Shown here: in pieces, positions 45,519-56,370 of the stretch
How positions within the stretch are numbered: position 1 is the stretch's first letter
Layout of the letters: every line of letters begins with the position of its first letter
Source of the DNA: Rhizaria sp. SCN 62-66
Taxonomy: Eukaryota
Reading direction: 5' to 3'
Length of the DNA stretch: 64,000 bases
NCBI GenBank assembly: GCA_001724265.1
Contig: MEDY01000073.1
Location: 1 to 64,000, forward strand
Notes under the pieces: model-generated
Seen by the model: the letters and a program-made list of their open reading frames with translations, nothing else
Told to the model about the DNA's origin: nothing
Database searches by the model: none
Translations under genes and position numbers: made by a program

Positions 45519-48500
45519 TTACTGCTTGAGCGCGGCGGCGATGACCTGCGCGGCGGCGGCGACGTCGGGGCCCTGGAGCACGCCCGCGCCGATGAGCGTC
45601 TTCAGCGCGGCGAGCGCGGCCGAGGACTTGAGCGCAGCGAGCTTGGCCTCGACCTGCGCCACCACGGCCGGGTCCGCCAGCAGCGCCGCGACCGTGGCGT
45701 CGTCAGCGTGTCCGGCCGCGGCGCCCGCGGCCGAGGCGGCGACGGCGGCGGCCGCGGCGGGCGAGGGCGCGATCTCAGTCAGCCACTGGCGCAGCACGGC
45801 GCGCGCGCGGCGCAGCGGGGACGGCGCCACGGTGTCCGCGACGACAACGCCGCCCTCAGCAGGAGCGGCAGCAGCAGTGGCCGCAGCGGGGACGGCGGCA
45901 GAAGGACCAGCGAGCGCGGCGGTTACGGCGTCGGCAGCGGCGTGCGCGGCAACAATGCGCTTGGCGAGCGCGGCCTCGGCGAGGCGCGCGGTCAGGCGCC
46001 AGTAGAAGCGTGTGCGCGCGTGCGCCCAGGGCACGACGGCGCGGATGCAGCCCTTGGTGTGCATGCGCACGGGCGTGTCGTGCAGGTCCGCGAACGTGGT
46101 CGCAATCTGCAGGTACACGGGGTACAGCTGGCCCTCGCGCGTGCGCGCCTGCGAGCGCAGCGCTGCGGCCACAGCGGGCGTCGGTGCAGCCTTGATGTCG
46201 GCCGCGAGCTTGACGAGCTTGGGGTCAGTCTTGTGCATCTCGGCCACGATCTGGTCCTTGCGGAACTTGACGTCCACCGTGCCCTCGGGCTCCAGCACGC
46301 CACCGCGCGCCGTCGGGTCCGCGAACATCTCCATGTGGTCCGCGTTAATCGTCTCGTCGACGACGACCCAGGCGCCGCCGCGCAGCATCGCGTGGGGCGG
46401 CAGATACACCAGCACGGGCTGCTCCATGCCGCGCAGCGCGTCGACGATGTAGGAGCCGAACTTGAGGATCTCGTTGAGCATGTCTTGCATGCCGCCCGAG
46501 AAGCCGCGCCAGTTGGCCAGCACCACGAGCGGGATGTCCTCGGCCGCCATGTCCTTGATGGCCTGCGCCGTCTTGAACGCCGAGTCGGGGAACCAGACCT
46601 GGCCAGCCTTGGAAAGCACCACCTCGCGTGAGTCGTCGCCGCCGGCGGGGTCGGCAGGCACAGTGTACTCGACCGTGCGCGGATCCACAGCCACGACGCC
46701 GACGGGCACGCCGCCGAGACGCGCGCGGCCGGCCACGACGCCGCGCGCCCAACCGCCCATGACTTCGAGGAACGAGTCGCGGTCGAACAGGCCCGTGGCC
46801 AGCTCGTGGTGCGTCGGGGTCGCGTTAGGGAGAGCGGAGGCGCCGGCCTTGGCCGATGCGGCCGAGGCGGCGGCCGCAGCGGCGAGCGTCGAGGTGAGCG
46901 ACCCGTGCGTGCCAGTGATGAGGCAGCGCGGGTCGTACAGTGACGTCTTAGACGCCGGCGCGAAAGTCACCAGGCGGTTCACGTCGTCGGCGGTGCGGCC
47001 CAGGATGGGCGCGGTGCCGCGGCGCGTGAGCGGCACGTACGAGAGCCAGCGGATGATGGCGAGGCAGCCCTCCAGGTCGTTGGGCACGCAGAGGTGCGTG
47101 ACACCGTTGGTGTACATGATGTCGGGGCCGCCCAGCTGGACGTTGCTGGTGTAGACGGCGCGGCCCAGGAGCTTGTTGAGCGCCTGGTAGCCCGTCAGCA
47201 GCAGCGGCTGCGCGGGATCCGACTTCTGGATCACGCGCTGGCCGAGGCGGGCCAGGTACGCGCCGATGCCGACGCTGCGGCAGGTGACGTAGGTGAGCGT
47301 GAAGATGTCGTCGTAGGCCAGCGAGGTCTCGCCGGCGATCTGGCCTGAGCCGCGGAGGTTCTCCACGCCCAGTCCGTCCTTGGCGCCGATGACGTCAGTG
47401 ATCACGTAGCGCTCCTCGCCCTCAACGGTCACCTTGGTGCACTTGACCGAGCCGGAGAGCGCGGCATAGTCAGCGGGCGTGAGGTAGAGGTACTCGAAGC
47501 CGCGGGACGGCGAGTCGGCGTCGACCGTGGTCGTGGGCGGCATCCACGCCACCTTGTACTTGCCGCGCAGCTCCTCGGCCAGCCCGATGCGCGCGCCCGA
47601 GTTGGCGGCCAGGTACAGGCGCGGCAGCCCGCGCGCGCGCGCGTGCTTAGAGGCGAGGTCGAACAGCGCGTCCTCAGCGGGGCCGAAGGAGCCGGCCATG
47701 TGCGTGATGTCGTTGGCGATGATGACGACGTCGCGGCCCGCCGCGGGCTCGGGCGCCACGGCGGGCGTGTCGAGCGAGAGCGGGAAGGTCGCACCCAGGC
47801 ACTCGGGCGTGTTGAGCGTCACGCGCCAGGCAACCATGCCGATGTTGTTGAGCCCCGGCGCGCGCGAGACCTCGGTGAGCACGTAGGCGTCCGAGTAGTC
47901 GCCCGCGCCCGCGGCCGCGGGGGTCGGGTTCGGTGCCAGGACCAGCTCCGTCGCCGACACGAAGACCGAGGGGATGCGCGCCGACACATGGGAGAACTCG
48001 GCGATGACGGCCAGCGAGCGCGCGGGCAGCGCGCAGGCGGCGGCGCGGAGGCCCGCGGCCGTGTCACCGACGCTCGCGGCGGGCACGGCGCCGCTGGGGC
48101 TCGCGGCCGCGGCGGACACGGACAGCCCCAGCAGCGCGCGGCCCGCGGCGCGGAAGTGCTCGAGCGGGGCCGTGCGCAGCAGCGCCATCGCGCCCGCCAG
48201 CTCAGACGCCAGCGCGGCCGCGGCGCCGCCCGCAGAGACGCCGGCAGGCACCGCGGCCGGGGTCACGGGCGCGGTCGTGGGCGAGTCGTTGTTGGGCAGC
48301 AGCGCAGCAACGAGCATGCGCAGCAGGCGCACCGTGGGCAGCGCAGTCATCGCGGCCGCGGCGGCGCCCGCGGCGGACGCGGCGCCCACCTCGGCGGCGG
48401 CCTCTGACGCGGCGGCCGCGAGCAGCGAGAGCAGGTGCGCGCGCCACACGCGGCGGATCGTCTTGTCGAAGAGCGGCGGGAAGTCGTAGCACCATACCGT

Positions 48501-51500
48501 GTCCATCGATGCCGCCGTCAGGCGCTGGTTCTGGTGCGGGAACGACGTCTCGTACGGCGCGTCCGCGTCCATGAACGTGGTCTGCGCAGGCGCAGCAGCG
48601 GGCGCACCGGCGACGGCGACGGCGCCGGCGCTGGGAGCGGGGAGCGCGGGCGGTGCGGGCGCAGCAAGCGGGCGGAGCACGACGCGGCCGGTGGCGGGAT
48701 CCGTATGCTCGTAGAAGGCGTTGACCTCGAGCACGAACCCAGTCGGGTTCTCGCAAATGAAGCGGCACGGCAGCGAGATGCTGGGGCCCGTTGCCGACTG
48801 GCGCAGGCGGATCGTGAGCGCGAACTCGACGTGCGTGATGTGGAGCCGGTGGATCTTCTCGCTGTAGCGGCGCGTTAGCGAGCGGATGATCGAGTCCACG
48901 TAGCCGATGTTGATGCGCGACGACGGCGACGTGAAGACCGACTCAAACCCGCCATGGGCGACGTCGCCGTGCTGCTGCTGCTGCTGCTGCGCGGAGGGGA
49001 GGTCGACGTTGACGTCCACAAGCACGTTGACGAAGATGTGGTTAAACATCCACTTGCCGTTACCGCCAGGCGTCTGCAGCACCGACCCTACGCCGGCGGC
49101 GGCGCCAGTGGCGGCGGCGCGGCCCGCGGCGGCCGAGGAGACGGCGGCCGAGGCAGCCGAAGCGGAGCCCGAGGAGAGCGCGCCAGTCTTGGCCATGGCG
49201 ATCTCGAGCGAGTTAAGCGCCTCGACGAACGCCACCTCGGTCTCGGGGTGCGCGCCGCCTGTCGCAGCGGCCGCGGCGGCGGCAGCAGCCGCGTTGGCGG
49301 TGCCCGGCGCAGCGCCAGCACCGTTAGAGTCGTCGGCGATCGAGTCGGCGAGCGCGGCGGTGGCCACGGCACGGGCCGCGGTGGCAGCATTCGCGGCGTT
49401 GACGGCCGAGGCCGCGGCGGCGGAGGCCGAAGATACGGAGCGCGTGCGGCCGATGGGCGTGGTGGCGGCAGTGGCCGAGGCCAGCGCGGCGTTGGCTGCG
49501 GCGACCGAGGGCGTGTCGGCGACGGCGGCCGAGGACACCACGATGGGCTCGTCGTCCTCGTCGGCCACGTCCTTGATGATGCGGTGCATCTGCGCCGAGT
49601 CCAGCCGGCGCACCAACACGCGCGCGAAGAAGCGCCGCCCGTCGTAGGCGGCGCGCGCGGGCGCGGCGGCAGTGCCAGCGGCAGCGGCGGCCTTAAGCTT
49701 GGCCGTGACCGTCTTGGGCACGGCGGCGAAGAGGTGCACCATGCGGTTCGTGGTTGGGACGAGGTCGTAGTCGTACTTGTCGAGCCGGTACAGCTGCATG
49801 TGCAGCGCGTGGTTGGGCTCGATGTGGCGCGTCGCCGTGTCCTCGGCGAACTCGCCCACGGCACCCGACTGGCGGTACGTGAAGTAGAGCGGGTGCTCGC
49901 CGCTGCCGCTGCCGCCCGCACCGCAGGCCGCGGCCTCGGCACCCGACGCCGCGCCGACCACGCAGGCCGCGCCGCTGGCGCTGGTGGCGTCCTCGGCGCA
50001 GGGCGCGCTGGTGGCGCCGTTGGGCGAGAGGATGAAGGTCACGCGGCGCACGCGGTAGCGCGCCAGCGTCGCCGCGTGGTCGTCCACGATGCACTGCAGC
50101 GCGGCCGCGGCGGCGGCGTCGCGCTCGGCCGCGCCCTCGGGCGCGCCGCTGCTGTTGGCGCTACTGGCGCCAGCGGCGCTGGAGTTAGAGGACGCCGCCG
50201 TGGAGGCCGCGGCCGTGGAGGCGGCGGAGGAGCCCGCGGACGATCCTGCGCTGGCGCTGGCGCCGGAGACGGAGCAGAGACTGGCGGGCAGCGAGGACAC
50301 GTAGATGTAGAGCACGTGCACGGGCACGCGGCGCAGCACCTTGGCGCAGGCGCGGTTGCGCGGTGCGTTCTCGAACTCAGCGGCGAGCGCGGAGAAGCCG
50401 GCGCGGAGCGCGTCGAGCGTGGGGAAGTGCGCCATGACGCCCATGCGGCGCAGCAGCTGCGCGCCCTCCTCGCCCGCCGTCGGCGAGGCGACGAACGCCG
50501 CGCTGTGGTTGCCCGCGCCGTTGCCCTCGGCGCCCGAGGCGGAGGACATGGGCGAGGCCGAGGAGCGGAGGGACTTAAGCAGCTCGGTGTCGAAGGTGTC
50601 ACCGTCCTCGTCCTCGTCGTCGTCGTCGTCATCGTCGTCGTCGTCGCCGCCGTGCTCGGGCTCGTCAGCCGCGACGGAGCCGTCCTTGACCTGCTGCGGC
50701 GAGATGACCAGCGCGCGCGCGGGGCCCAGTTCGGCCTCGTTGACGCTCGCCGCGAAGGCCGACGACTCGCGCTGCAGCGCCGCCAGCGAGTCGATGCGCA
50801 TAAAGCGCGACGACGTCAGTGGCGCGCCAGTCGCAGCGCTGCCAGCGGCCGCGGCACCACCGTTCGCAGCGGCGGCGTGGGCGGCGGCGGCCGAGGCGGC
50901 GGACTTAGGCAGCGGGGGACGGCCCATACCGCTGGCCGCGCCGCCGGGGGTCGCGGCGGGGATCGGCACGGCGGGCTGGCCGCGCGCCGAGGGCAGCGCC
51001 ATGGCCACCGCGGCGTTGGCGGCCGCGACAGAGGGCGTGGGCACCTCGACGCCCGTGGCCGCGGGCGACAAGCGCGGGGACGAGCCCTTGCCGTCACCGT
51101 TGGTGACACCCGAGTCGGCCGTGGCGCTCTTGTAGTCCATGTGGAAGACCCACTTGGCGAGGATGTCGTGTGTGATGGGCGCCTGCGTGGGGTAGGCCGC
51201 GCGCTCCTGCAGCGTCTGCGACTGCGCCACGGCGTCGGCGCCGGCGACGACAGCCAGCGCGGGAACTGTGAAGAGCTTGAAGGCGCGGCGGATGGCGACT
51301 TCGAGCGCAAGCGCGGCGACAGCCTTGTCACTGTGCGTCACGAAGCGCAGGATCACGTCCTCGATCGGCTGCGACTGGTCAACCAGTGACGCCAGCGCGC
51401 GCGCGTGCACCGTCGCTCGGTCCCCGACCGAGGTCTGCGGCGCGGCGCGCTCGAAGGCGATGGCGCGGTTGAGCGCGCGCTCGATGGCGGCCATGCGGAC

Positions 51501-54500
51501 CGAGAGCGAGGGCAGGCGCAGGCGCATGAGCACCTGACGCGCCTGCAGCACAAGCCCCGAGGTGGGCTTCGAGCGCAGCGCCGTAAGGCGGCGCAGCAGC
51601 GCGAGCCAGTCGGCGTCGCGGAGCAGGAACGGGAAGGCCGAGGTGCCGAGCGAGAGCAGATGGCACACGAGCTCGGTGCGCGGCGCGAGCTGGTGGTGCG
51701 CGCGAGCGAGCGCCGCGACGTAGCCAACGTTGTCCTTGTTGGCCTTACGCAGCGCGTGGATGATGTCCTCGCTCGACACGGGCACGGCGGCCGTGGTAGC
51801 GCTGCGACCGCCCGCGCCGTTGGTGAGCAGGAAGACCTCCTCAACCGCGAGGTACTCGAGCAACATGGCCTTGATCACGCGGCCCGCGTAGGCGAGGTTG
51901 CCCGGCAAGTATTGTTGCACAAGGCCCCACAGCCCAGACGCCTCCAGCGCGGACTTGGTCGCGGTCAGGCTCGCGCCCGTGGTCTGCGCGCAGGGCAGCC
52001 CCGCGGCGGCGGCGGCGGCCGAGGCGGCGGCGTCGGTGAAGGCCAGCATCGCGCGCTCCAGCGCGGCCGCGGGGAACACCAGGTCGCCGCCGGCGCCGGC
52101 GCAGGACGAGGCCGTGGACGCGGTGGCCGGGACGACCGTCGCGGTGCTGCATGCAGCAGCGGACTTGGAGGTGCCTGAGGCGCGGACGGCGGCGACGTAG
52201 TCCGACACGAGTCTGGTAAACTGCTCGAGCAGCGGCTGCGGGAGGCGGCCGGCCATGTTGGAGGCCAGCTCGTTGAACTGCAGCGCGGGCAGCATGGGGT
52301 CGGTGAGGCAGGTCGTGAGGTCGGCCAGCGACTGCGCCTGTACGCGCGGCGACAGCACGTAGCCCGAGAGCAGCATGCGCAGCTTGTTCTCGGCGTTGCG
52401 CAGCCGCACGTGCGGCTTGCCCGCGAGGACCGTCTCGGCCGCCACCACGGGCTCGATGGCCGCGCACGAGGGGAAGACGCCCGAGAAGGGCTCGGCCTTC
52501 TGCACGCAATCGGGGTCGTCGAGCGCGAGCGCGGCCAACAGGTCGCCTACCTCGGTCACCGACCCGGGCGGCTTGATGGTCGTGATGACGCCCGCCTCGG
52601 GTGCCGCGATGGTGACGTACATCTTCATCACCTCCAGCTCCGCCACGGGCTGTCCCTTGGCCACGTGCGCACGGTCCGCCACGAGCCACTGCACGAGCTT
52701 GCCCTGGATCTGGCTGCGCATCTGCGTCGGGTCGTACTCCTGCGAGAAGAGGCAGGTCCGCGCGTCGATCGTGAGACGCAGGCCCGAGGCGAACTCGCGC
52801 CCGTACACGACGTGCTTGCGCCCGTTGAGCAGCACCAGGAAGCCACCATCAGAGAGGTTGTGGATGTCCGCGCTCGCGCTGAACACTGCGGGCGCGGCGG
52901 CGCCGGACTTGCTGCCCGCGGCACCGGCCTGGGCGCCGGCGGCGGCGGCGGCGCCGGGGCCCGTGGAGACGGGCGAGGGCGCGGGGACCTCACCGGCCGC
53001 AGGCTCGGCGGCACTCGCGGCGGCCGCGGAGGGCTTTGCGGGGACGCCGGTGATAGTGAGGTCGTAGCTGGTGGGGCCGGACTTAGTGACGGTGAGCATG
53101 TACTTGACGGCGTCGTAGATGAGCTCGACGTCGGCCGACACGAGCGCGTTGTAGAGCTTGCCTGTGGGCAGCTGGCCGCGCGCGAGGATGGCCTGGTACT
53201 CGATCTCGCGCTGCTGCACCTGCGCGTGCGCGCGGAAGAGCGCGCCGCAGAGCACGGCGAGTGGCGTGTCGGGGCGCTCCGAGGCGATGGCCTGGTTGGC
53301 CATGACCTTCTCCAGCCACGTCGTCGAAATAAGGTTGTTCTTGTAGTCGTCGGCCTCGAGCACGACGCGCAGGTACTCGATCGTGGTCCGGATCTCGCCG
53401 CGGATCTCGAGCTCCTTGAGCGCCTGCACCATGCTCTGCCGCGCCAGCTCGCGCGTGGCGCCGACGGCGAAGAGGTGCCCGAACTGCGAGTCGGCGAACT
53501 CGTGGACGAGCCCCTTGGGTCCAACTGAGAAGTAGCCCCACACGTCTGGCGTCGAGCGGAAGTGCAGCTCCTGGATCACGCCCGACGTGGGCTGGAACTT
53601 GTCGTCGGGGTTCTCGGCCGTAATGCGGCACGCGATGACGTGACCTGGCAGCGTCTGCGCGCGCCGCGTGTCGAAGTCGATGCGCGACTCCGAGTCGGCC
53701 GTCTCGCCGTACATGCGGCGCACGCCCGGCATACGCTGCAGTGGGATACCCATGGCGACCTGGAGCTGCGCCGCAGGGAGGTTGACGCCCGAGATAAGCT
53801 CTGTGACGGGGTGCTCGACCTGCAGGCGCGGGTTGAGCTCCAGGAACGAGTAGGAGCCGTCGTCCATGTAGAGATACTCAACGGTGCCCGCGCCGACGTA
53901 GCCGACCTCCTTGGCGAGGCGCACGGCCGACTGCTCCATGCGGTGCCACACGTCGGGCGGGGCCGCCACGACGGGGCCCTCCTCGATGATCTTCTGGTGG
54001 CGGCGCTGGATAGAGCAGTCGCGGCCGAAGACGGCGATGGCGTCGCCCCACGAGTCGCACAACAGCTGCACCTCGAGGTGCCGGCACTTGCCCGCCAGCT
54101 TCATGATGAACACGGGCGAGCCGGGAACCTCGCCCTGGACCTGGCGGAAGGCCATCGCGACGTCGTCGGCGCACTCGACGCGCCGGATGCCCTTGCCGCC
54201 GCCGCCCTCGGATGCCTTGATCATGACGGGGAAGCCGATGCGCAGCGCGTGCTGCATCGCCGCGTCGACCGTGTCGACGCAAGACCGCGCGTAGATGTCG
54301 TCGGGGATGCCTGTGGACGCGTAGTCGACCGTGAGCCCGTCACCGGTCCACGGCATGCAGGGCACGCCGGCCGACTGCGCGATGAGCGTGGAGCCGATCT
54401 TGTCGCCCAGCGCGCGCATGGCGTGCGAGGGCGGGCCGATCCACACCACCTTGCTCGCCGTGTTGGACAGCAGGTCGGGCAGACGCGGGTTCTCCGAGGC

Positions 54501-55127
54501 GTGGCCCCAGCCGGCCCACACGGCGTCGCACTTGGTTGTCTCGGCGATCTCGGTGATGAGGTGGATATTGGCGTAGTTGTTGTTGTTGCTCCCGCCCGGC
54601 ACCGGCACGAACTCGTCTGCCAGGTGGATATACTCGGCGTTGGCGCGCAGGTCCTCGGGCGTCGCCATCGCCACAAACTGCAGCACCTTGTCGTCGCCGA
54701 AGACTTGGTAGCACCACTGCCGCATCGACCGAATGGCTTTCACGGCGGCAATACCGTTGTTGCAGATCAGGATGCGCCGCAGCGCGCGCGTGCCGCCGTT
54801 GGCGCGCACCCACGCCGACAGCGGGTCGCTGTCCACGTCGGCGTCTTTGATGTCTTTGTTGGCGTTGGCGTTGGCAGCGGCGTTGTCGGCGCCGGGCGCG
54901 GGCGTGGAGGCAGAGGGCAGCGCGGGCGTCGCGGTCGGAGTGGGCTCGGGCAGCGCGCCGCAGTCAGCACTGCCGCCGTCGAGCGCAAAGGCACTCATGG
55001 ACGCGACGGCCGGGGGCGCGCCGGGCTTGTTGGCGCCGCCGACGACGCCCTGGAGACGCGGCGAGAGCGCCGTCAGGTTGAAGGACGGGGAGGCCGCCGC
55101 GGGCAGCGAGGACGACGCCGGAAGCAT
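45519..55127 (-). CDS. ACC1: Multidomain eukaryotic acetyl-CoA carboxylase (BC-BCCP-central-CT), 3202 aa, intronless
   Basis: ILICNNGIAAVK, WAGWGHASENP, IKASEGGGGKGIR, RDCSIQRRHQKIIEE, FLELNPRLQVEHP, biotin site EVMKM, IANDIT...GSFG, ANSGARIG, GQVWFPDSAFKTAQAI and ANWRGFSGG. Confidence 0.98.
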   Translation of the reverse strand: MLPASSSLPAAASPSFNLTALSPRLQGVVGGANKPGAPPAVASMSAFALDGGSADCGALPEPTPTATPALPSASTPAPGADNAAANANANKDIKDADVDSDPLSAWVRANGGTRALRRILICNNGIAAVKAIRSMRQWCYQVFGDDKVLQFVAMATPEDLRANAEYIHLADEFVPVPGGSNNNNYANIHLITEIAETTKCDAVWAGWGHASENPRLPDLLSNTASKVVWIGPPSHAMRALGDKIGSTLIAQSAGVPCMPWTGDGLTVDYASTGIPDDIYARSCVDTVDAAMQHALRIGFPVMIKASEGGGGKGIRRVECADDVAMAFRQVQGEVPGSPVFIMKLAGKCRHLEVQLLCDSWGDAIAVFGRDCSIQRRHQKIIEEGPVVAAPPDVWHRMEQSAVRLAKEVGYVGAGTVEYLYMDDGSYSFLELNPRLQVEHPVTELISGVNLPAAQLQVAMGIPLQRMPGVRRMYGETADSESRIDFDTRRAQTLPGHVIACRITAENPDDKFQPTSGVIQELHFRSTPDVWGYFSVGPKGLVHEFADSQFGHLFAVGATRELARQSMVQALKELEIRGEIRTTIEYLRVVLEADDYKNNLISTTWLEKVMANQAIASERPDTPLAVLCGALFRAHAQVQQREIEYQAILARGQLPTGKLYNALVSADVELIYDAVKYMLTVTKSGPTSYDLTITGVPAKPSAAAASAAEPAAGEVPAPSPVSTGPGAAAAAGAQAGAAGSKSGAAAPAVFSASADIHNLSDGGFLVLLNGRKHVVYGREFASGLRLTIDARTCLFSQEYDPTQMRSQIQGKLVQWLVADRAHVAKGQPVAELEVMKMYVTIAAPEAGVITTIKPPGSVTEVGDLLAALALDDPDCVQKAEPFSGVFPSCAAIEPVVAAETVLAGKPHVRLRNAENKLRMLLSGYVLSPRVQAQSLADLTTCLTDPMLPALQFNELASNMAGRLPQPLLEQFTRLVSDYVAAVRASGTSKSAAACSTATVVPATASTASSCAGAGGDLVFPAAALERAMLAFTDAAASAAAAAAGLPCAQTTGASLTATKSALEASGLWGLVQQYLPGNLAYAGRVIKAMLLEYLAVEEVFLLTNGAGGRSATTAAVPVSSEDIIHALRKANKDNVGYVAALARAHHQLAPRTELVCHLLSLGTSAFPFLLRDADWLALLRRLTALRSKPTSGLVLQARQVLMRLRLPSLSVRMAAIERALNRAIAFERAAPQTSVGDRATVHARALASLVDQSQPIEDVILRFVTHSDKAVAALALEVAIRRAFKLFTVPALAVVAGADAVAQSQTLQERAAYPTQAPITHDILAKWVFHMDYKSATADSGVTNGDGKGSSPRLSPAATGVEVPTPSVAAANAAVAMALPSARGQPAVPIPAATPGGAASGMGRPPLPKSAASAAAAHAAAANGGAAAAGSAATGAPLTSSRFMRIDSLAALQRESSAFAASVNEAELGPARALVISPQQVKDGSVAADEPEHGGDDDDDDDDDDEDEDGDTFDTELLKSLRSSASPMSSASGAEGNGAGNHSAAFVASPTAGEEGAQLLRRMGVMAHFPTLDALRAGFSALAAEFENAPRNRACAKVLRRVPVHVLYIYVSSLPASLCSVSGASASAGSSAGSSAASTAAASTAASSNSSAAGASSANSSGAPEGAAERDAAAAAALQCIVDDHAATLARYRVRRVTFILSPNGATSAPCAEDATSASGAACVVGAASGAEAAACGAGGSGSGEHPLYFTYRQSGAVGEFAEDTATRHIEPNHALHMQLYRLDKYDYDLVPTTNRMVHLFAAVPKTVTAKLKAAAAAGTAAAPARAAYDGRRFFARVLVRRLDSAQMHRIIKDVADEDDEPIVVSSAAVADTPSVAAANAALASATAATTPIGRTRSVSSASAAAASAVNAANAATAARAVATAALADSIADDSNGAGAAPGTANAAAAAAAAAATGGAHPETEVAFVEALNSLEIAMAKTGALSSGSASAASAAVSSAAAGRAAATGAAAGVGSVLQTPGGNGKWMFNHIFVNVLVDVNVDLPSAQQQQQQHGDVAHGGFESVFTSPSSRINIGYVDSIIRSLTRRYSEKIHRLHITHVEFALTIRLRQSATGPSISLPCRFICENPTGFVLEVNAFYEHTDPATGRVVLRPLAAPAPPALPAPSAGAVAVAGAPAAAPAQTTFMDADAPYETSFPHQNQRLTAASMDTVWCYDFPPLFDKTIRRVWRAHLLSLLAAAASEAAAEVGAASAAGAAAAAMTALPTVRLLRMLVAALLPNNDSPTTAPVTPAAVPAGVSAGGAAAALASELAGAMALLRTAPLEHFRAAGRALLGLSVSAAAASPSGAVPAASVGDTAAGLRAAACALPARSLAVIAEFSHVSARIPSVFVSATELVLAPNPTPAAAGAGDYSDAYVLTEVSRAPGLNNIGMVAWRVTLNTPECLGATFPLSLDTPAVAPEPAAGRDVVIIANDITHMAGSFGPAEDALFDLASKHARARGLPRLYLAANSGARIGLAEELRGKYKVAWMPPTTTVDADSPSRGFEYLYLTPADYAALSGSVKCTKVTVEGEERYVITDVIGAKDGLGVENLRGSGQIAGETSLAYDDIFTLTYVTCRSVGIGAYLARLGQRVIQKSDPAQPLLLTGYQALNKLLGRAVYTSNVQLGGPDIMYTNGVTHLCVPNDLEGCLAIIRWLSYVPLTRRGTAPILGRTADDVNRLVTFAPASKTSLYDPRCLITGTHGSLTSTLAAAAAASAASAKAGASALPNATPTHHELATGLFDRDSFLEVMGGWARGVVAGRARLGGVPVGVVAVDPRTVEYTVPADPAGGDDSREVVLSKAGQVWFPDSAFKTAQAIKDMAAEDIPLVVLANWRGFSGGMQDMLNEILKFGSYIVDALRGMEQPVLVYLPPHAMLRGGAWVVVDETINADHMEMFADPTARGGVLEPEGTVDVKFRKDQIVAEMHKTDPKLVKLAADIKAAPTPAVAAALRSQARTREGQLYPVYLQIATTFADLHDTPVRMHTKGCIRAVVPWAHARTRFYWRLTARLAEAALAKRIVAAHAAADAVTAALAGPSAAVPAAATAAAAPAEGGVVVADTVAPSPLRRARAVLRQWLTEIAPSPAAAAAVAASAAGAAAGHADDATVAALLADPAVVAQVEAKLAALKSSAALAALKTLIGAGVLQGPDVAAAAQVIAAALKQ

Positions 55128-56370
55128 CGATGGGGTAAGGCGCGAGGCGGACGCAGCGTTCAGGGGAGGAACTGCCGCGGAGGTGCCGGTCGCGGACAGG
55201 GAAGGAGGAACGGGAGGGAGAGGATGATCCTGTGTAGGCGCGAGATTCAGGAAAGTTGGGTCAGACGGCGGGTCAGCGTGCGAGGATCACGGAAGAGCAG
55301 AAGTAGTTCGCAATAGTTGCACAAGTTAATAATAACCCGTCTTGTTGTGTGTAGACGTGTCTGTAGTGTTCGGAAAAGTATGTCACAATCATACTGAACA
55401 TTGTTACGATAGAGAAAATGCACCGAAAATGGTGCTGAGACTGTCGGGCTTTGTCAAGCGTGTGAGTGCATTTTGAAGGCACAGGAAAAAGATTAAAGGT
55501 CACATTCAGTTGGAGCAGAATACGTACCACGTGTGCCTTGGCTTCTGAAGCGTCAGACATTGGCTGGAAAAGCAGGGCACGTGAATGATCAGGTGCGTTA
55601 GCCCGTTTAACCTGAGCGGAAAGCAACAAAACGGGCGCGGGTGCGGCGTGCAAGAGGTGAGACGGAGTCGGGTCAGAACCCAAGTCAAGGGTGAAACCGA
55701 GCGCAAAAGATCGTTAGTGCAAACAATATTAATCGGAATAGGAACATCGAAGTGGGATATTCTTGCAGCCCACAATGGCAACTCAAACTAAAACACATCC
55801 ACCGAGGAAACTGCCCTTGATATGTTCGGCCACGGGGGCGACGCGAGCAGCAGCCCGCAACAACAACTCGCCGGCACCTCGCAGGACCGAAAAATCGTCC
55901 ACAACTTTTGATTGAGAAGAATACGTCCAAATATGGGCGGATAACACCAATATTATTCATATGAGCAAATCTCATCCTAACTTATATACTGGTCAAGCTG
56001 TTAAGTAGTTGTATCAGTTGTTATAAACCTTTTAGACGACGTGCAAATAGGGAGATATCAATGTTAGAGTTCAGCATTGTATCGACTCTACTCTAAGACA
56101 AGCATTACAAGATGCGCAGCCTCTGAATTAAGAAGTAAGTTTAAAATAAAACATCAACGTAGACCATACCATGTCTTTATGTACTATATATCAGTCAAAT
56201 TCCTTCAATCCCACTTAGTATATGCAGAAAATACCGCTGCCACTGAAATATTCAAGTTGGGTTGGCGTCTTGTGAAGAACTAAAGTCGCTAGAGATCAAC
56301 AATAATCAGTCACGGTCAATGTACACGACAAACGCGAGTAAGTTAAACAAAACGTTCAACAAGGTTCGGC

